A stretch of DNA of 64,000 nucleotides from an uncultured bacterium. Its GTDB lineage: Bacteria; Planctomycetota; UBA1135; GCA-002686595. The stretch covers positions 416,001 to 480,000 of the forward strand of contig CALSNU010000006.1 in NCBI GenBank assembly GCA_943787795.1. The letters run 5' to 3'. Shown piece by piece: positions 60,168 through 64,000 of this stretch (the stretch's first letter is position 1; the number at the start of each line of letters is the position of its first letter). The position numbers were made by a program, and so were the translations under genes. The notes under the pieces were generated by a model, which worked only from the letters and a program-made list of their open reading frames with translations, searched no databases and was not told where the DNA came from.

Positions 60168-62099
60168 TCAGGTCCTGTGGAAGGCCTTCTCCAGGTCCGC
60201 CAGGGTGAACTTCACCCGGGTCGGCCGGGCATGCGGGCAGGTCTGGTCCATGCCCGCGTCGCGGGCGCGCTCGAGGAGAGCGCGGATCGAGGACTCGTCC
60301 AGGGTGTCCCCCGCCATGATCGACGAGCGGCAGGAGGTGCGGTGCAGGACCTCCTCCTGGACGTCCTCGGCGTCGGGGGCCTTGCCCGTACGGGCGATCA
60401 CGTCCACCACGTCCCGGACGATGCCCTCGGGATCCGGGCGGCGGATACGCGCAGGCAGTCCGTGCACGGCCACGGTCTTGTCGCCGAAGGGCTCCAGCTC
60501 GAGGCCGATCCGGCGAAGGGCGTCCTGGTGAACGGTGATGAGCTGCACGTCGGCCTGGGTGAGGTCCACGAGCTCGGGCGTCAGGAGCCGCTGCACCTCC
60601 ACCTTGCCCGCCTTCACCTCGCGCCGTAGCTCCTCGAAGGTGAGCCGCTCGTGCAGGGCGTGCTGGTCGATGATCTCGAAGCCGTCGGGCACGGCCCGCA
60701 GGATGTAGGTGCGGTCCACCTGGATGTAAGGGCCGCGGAGATCGTCCACCGTGGCCCACTGATCCCCGGGCGCCCCACCGCCGCCGAGGGCCTCCTCGGA
60801 TGCAGGCCCTTCGAGCGAAGAACCTGGTGCCCCGAAGGCCGCGGAGGGCACGCCCTCGCGGGGCGGCACCTCCCGCACGATGTAGCCCTCAGCCACCGCG
60901 CCGCTGCCTGCGCCGCTTGACCCTTCGGGCCTGGGGATCCAGGCGCCCGCGGCCCCCGCGCCGCGCGGCCCAGGATCGGGCAGGGTCTCGCGCTGCATCG
61001 GCCGACCCTCGCGGCGGCGCAGGCGGTCGATCATGGACTCCCCCGGCGTGGCCATGTTCGTGCGCATGACCGCCTCCTTCAGGGCGTTGACCAGGAAACC
61101 GAAGAGCGAGCGCTCGTCCCGCAGCCGCACCTCGCTCTTGGCGGGGTGCACATTGACGTCCACCGACTCGGGGTCCATCCAGAGCTGGAGGAAGCCCACC
61201 GGCTGCAGCCCGTCGATGAGCACGCCGCGGTAGGCGTCCTTGAGCACCCGGGTCAGGACCTTGTCCTTCATGGGCCGCCCGTTGAGGAACCACATCTGGC
61301 GCCGCGCGTCCCGGCGACCGAAGCGCGGCGGCGCCACGTAGCCCGTGATGCGCGTGGACCCCATGGAGGCCTCCACCGGCTCGAGCTCGGAGGCGAGCTC
61401 GTCCCCGAAGACCCGCCGGATGCGGGCCAGGAGGTCCATGCCAGACTCCACGTCGAACACCCGCCGGCCGCCGTGCATGACCACAAAGCCGATGCCACCC
61501 TGCCCGGTCTCGTCGGCGGGGTGCGCCAGCGCCACGCGCTGGACAATCTCGGTGCAGCGGGAGAGCTCGGTCTGCTCGCGCTTGAGGAAGCGCCTGCGCG
61601 CAGGCGTGTTGAAGAAGAGGTCGCGGACCTCGACGATGGTCCCCTCCGGCATGCCTGCCGGAGTGATCTTGCCGCGGCGCCCGCCCTCCTCGGTGATCTC
61701 GGCGCCCACGTCGGCGCCGCGGGGCCGCGAGCGGATCGAGCAGCGCGCCACCGACGCCATGGACGCGAGCGCCTCCCCGCGGAACCCCAAACTCGCGATG
61801 TGGTCAAGGTCCTCGGGCGTGCGGAGCTTGCTGGTGGCGTGGGCCTCGAAGGCCAGGGCCAGGTCCTCGGGGATCATGCCGAGGCCATCGTCGGTCACGC
61901 GCACCATGCGCATCCCGCCCTCCTCGAGGTCGATCTGGATACGCGACGCCCCGGCGTCGATGGCGTTGTCGAGCAGCTCGCGGACGACCGAGGCCGGCCG
62001 CTCGATGACCTCCCCGGCCGCGATCTGGTTCCGGACGACCTCGGACAGGACGGCGATGCGCCCGCCCTCAGGCACGGTCTCGTTGGCGGCTTCCCTCAT
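60168..62099 (-). CDS. mutL: DNA mismatch repair endonuclease MutL
   Basis: NQIAAGEVIERPASVV, HATSK, LGFRGEAL, VDVNVHPAK, endonuclease motif DQHALHER, CPHARP. Confidence 0.96.
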   Translation of the reverse strand: MREAANETVPEGGRIAVLSEVVRNQIAAGEVIERPASVVRELLDNAIDAGASRIQIDLEEGGMRMVRVTDDGLGMIPEDLALAFEAHATSKLRTPEDLDHIASLGFRGEALASMASVARCSIRSRPRGADVGAEITEEGGRRGKITPAGMPEGTIVEVRDLFFNTPARRRFLKREQTELSRCTEIVQRVALAHPADETGQGGIGFVVMHGGRRVFDVESGMDLLARIRRVFGDELASELEPVEASMGSTRITGYVAPPRFGRRDARRQMWFLNGRPMKDKVLTRVLKDAYRGVLIDGLQPVGFLQLWMDPESVDVNVHPAKSEVRLRDERSLFGFLVNALKEAVMRTNMATPGESMIDRLRRREGRPMQRETLPDPGPRGAGAAGAWIPRPEGSSGAGSGAVAEGYIVREVPPREGVPSAAFGAPGSSLEGPASEEALGGGGAPGDQWATVDDLRGPYIQVDRTYILRAVPDGFEIIDQHALHERLTFEELRREVKAGKVEVQRLLTPELVDLTQADVQLITVHQDALRRIGLELEPFGDKTVAVHGLPARIRRPDPEGIVRDVVDVIARTGKAPDAEDVQEEVLHRTSCRSSIMAGDTLDESSIRALLERARDAGMDQTCPHARPTRVKFTLADLEKAFHRT

Positions 62100-62113
62100 G
62101 CCCCCATGGTAGT

Positions 62114-63268
62114 TCACCGGCCCCTGGATCGAGAGCCCGAGCCGCCACTCGAGCCGCGCCAGCGCAGGGCGAGCTGCATGAAGTCCGTGGCGTCCACCTG
62201 AACCGAGGAGCGGGAGCGCCGCTCAAGGCGGGCGAAGTCCTCCAGCATGGGCTTCCAGGCGCCAGGGGCCCGGGCCCCCATGCGCCGCTCGAAGGCGTCC
62301 ACGGCGGGCTTGGGCCCGCGCACCCCGGCGGCGGCCGCCGCCGCGGAGACCCCGCGGCCGGCCTCGAGCTCGCCGGCGCCGCGCACCGCCTCCCGCAGCT
62401 TCGCGGAGACCGCGGTGCTCAGCTGCGCGACGATGCCGCTCTGGTCGAGGGTCCGGCTCCCGTCCCGCTGGACCGCGCCGCCGGAGAAGAGGGTCTCGAT
62501 CCCCACGGCGGCCTTGCGGACATCGCCCGCGACGAGGGACTCGGCCACGTCCCAGACGGACGCGCTGCTGTCCCAGGTCACGAGCTCCTGGATCGCCTCC
62601 GAGCCGCGGCCCACCAGCCCCTTGAGTCGATCCTCGATGGCGTTCAGGTCGTTGCCCGTGGCCGCCACCACGTAGTAGGCCTCGGCGCTATCCAGCTTGA
62701 CCCCGAGGCTGCGGGCGCGGGCGCCGCACCACTGGACGAGCTCTGTGTTCCTCGGATCAGGGTTCCACGGGGGCGGGGTGTCGTAGAGCCGGCGGCACCC
62801 GACGATGGGACCCTCGGCCTCCTTGACCGCCTTGGCAAGCGCGTGGTCGGCGCGCAGCTTGTCCGCGGAGAGCACAATCGCGCCCGGGCTCGCCGACTTG
62901 ATCCAGGCCAGCATGGCGTCGCGCACCGCCGCAGAGAACGCGGAGGCGCGGTCGACCACCACCCGCTCGGCGTGGTGCAGCACCACGCAGCGTGAGGCTT
63001 GAAACAGCGCCCCCGTGGAGAGGTCATCCACCAGGCGGCCGGCGGAGTAATCCGGGTCCAGCGGATCATGTCGACAGACCTCCAGGCCGTCGGCGCGGGC
63101 GCGTTCGCTCAGCGCGCGCACCCCGCGCTCGCGAAAGTAGGCCTCGTCGCCGCGCAGGATCGACACCCGCGGCAGCCCCTGCGCGATGCGATGCTCCAGC
63201 TCCCGGAGGGCGTCCTCGGGATTGGGATCCCTCGGCTTCTTCTTGCTTGCCTTCTTCTTGCGCGCCAT
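62114..63268 (-). CDS. holA: DNA polymerase III delta subunit-like protein
   Basis: ILRGDEAYF, DLSTGALF..VVL, and TGNDL..L helical region; fits a divergent HolA. Confidence 0.65.
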   Translation of the reverse strand: MARKKKASKKKPRDPNPEDALRELEHRIAQGLPRVSILRGDEAYFRERGVRALSERARADGLEVCRHDPLDPDYSAGRLVDDLSTGALFQASRCVVLHHAERVVVDRASAFSAAVRDAMLAWIKSASPGAIVLSADKLRADHALAKAVKEAEGPIVGCRRLYDTPPPWNPDPRNTELVQWCGARARSLGVKLDSAEAYYVVAATGNDLNAIEDRLKGLVGRGSEAIQELVTWDSSASVWDVAESLVAGDVRKAAVGIETLFSGGAVQRDGSRTLDQSGIVAQLSTAVSAKLREAVRGAGELEAGRGVSAAAAAAGVRGPKPAVDAFERRMGARAPGAWKPMLEDFARLERRSRSSVQVDATDFMQLALRWRGSSGGSGSRSRGR

Positions 63269-64000
63269 TCAGCCCACAGCGTCGCCCGAGCGGAGCGCCA
63301 TGTCGAGGGCCAGCCCGAGGAAGAGGGCCACGCCGACCCACCCGTTGATGGTGAAGAACGCCACGTCGACCCGGCTCAGGTCATCCTCGCGCACCAGGCT
63401 CTGCTCCCAGCACAAGAGCCCCACGGCCGCCGCGCAGCTGACCCAGAAGACCAGCCCGGTATCCGCCCGCCACGCCAGGAGCGCCAGGGAGAGGGCCGTG
63501 AGGGCGTGCAGCAGGCGCGACACCCTGAGGGCGCCGCCCACACCCAGCTTGGCGGGGATCGAGTGCAGCCCGCGCCCAGCGTCGAACTCAGCGTCCTGGC
63601 AGGCGTAGATCAGGTCGAAGCCCGCCACCCAAGTCCACACCGTGCAGAACAGCAGCAGCACCGGGACCAGGTCGCCCGAGAAGTCGCCCCGGACCGCGAT
63701 CCACGCCCCGAGGGGGGCCAGCCCGAGAGCAAGGCCCAGGACCAGGTGTACCGCGGCGCTGAAGCGCTTCACATAGCTGTAGCCAAGGAGCACCGCCAAG
63801 ACCGCGGGAGAGAGCCAGCCCGCGAGTTGGTTCAGGGTGAACGCGCCAGCGACGAAGACGCCCGCGGAGACGACCACCAGTCCGCGGGCGTACCCCACGG
63901 CCAGCGCGCCACTGGGTAGCTCCCTCCCGACGGTCCTCGGGTTCGCGGCGTCGATGTCTCGATCCACGAGCCGGTTGAAGGCCATCGCCGCGGTGCGCGC
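63269..64000 (-). CDS. UbiA-family prenyltransferase (MqnP/UbiA-like), 5' end outside the window
   Basis: AMAFNRLVDRDIDAANPRT..RELP, YSYVKRF, GFDLIYACQD, GLHSIP. Confidence 0.9.
   Translation of the reverse strand, partial: ARTAAMAFNRLVDRDIDAANPRTVGRELPSGALAVGYARGLVVVSAGVFVAGAFTLNQLAGWLSPAVLAVLLGYSYVKRFSAAVHLVLGLALGLAPLGAWIAVRGDFSGDLVPVLLLFCTVWTWVAGFDLIYACQDAEFDAGRGLHSIPAKLGVGGALRVSRLLHALTALSLALLAWRADTGLVFWVSCAAAVGLLCWEQSLVREDDLSRVDVAFFTINGWVGVALFLGLALDMALRSGDAVG

Overview
High-GC (roughly 70% by eye) bacterial chromosomal segment. The gene content and protein style suggest Planctomycetota, but that is inference. The window is mostly housekeeping: tig-clpP-clpX, rlmN, rnpA-yidD, yidC-mnmE-nrdR, smc, prkA-yeaH-spoVR, nadD, miaA, mutL, holA and a UbiA-family gene. 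It also carries an S8 peptidase, an RND pair, a CobB sirtuin, a FixL/FixJ-like two-component system and four glycosyltransferases. I found no rRNA, tRNA, CRISPR array or mobile element. Most notable observations: (1) at the left edge, an ORF missed by the track encodes a thioredoxin-like protein with two in-frame UGA codons at Cys-like positions, each followed by a SECIS-like hairpin (candidate double-selenocysteine protein). (2) A degenerate NrdD-like protein with two ATP cones and no glycyl-radical motif sits between nrdR and smc. (3) A degenerate ALDH-like protein lacks the catalytic Cys. (4) The layout fits a single ~27.7 kb inversion that split rnpA-yidD from yidC-mnmE. (5) Two genes have probable single-base frameshifts. 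(6) Many short tandem repeats drift in sequence, and two of them echo the adjacent stop codon. All family assignments come from motif recognition by eye; no database searches were run.
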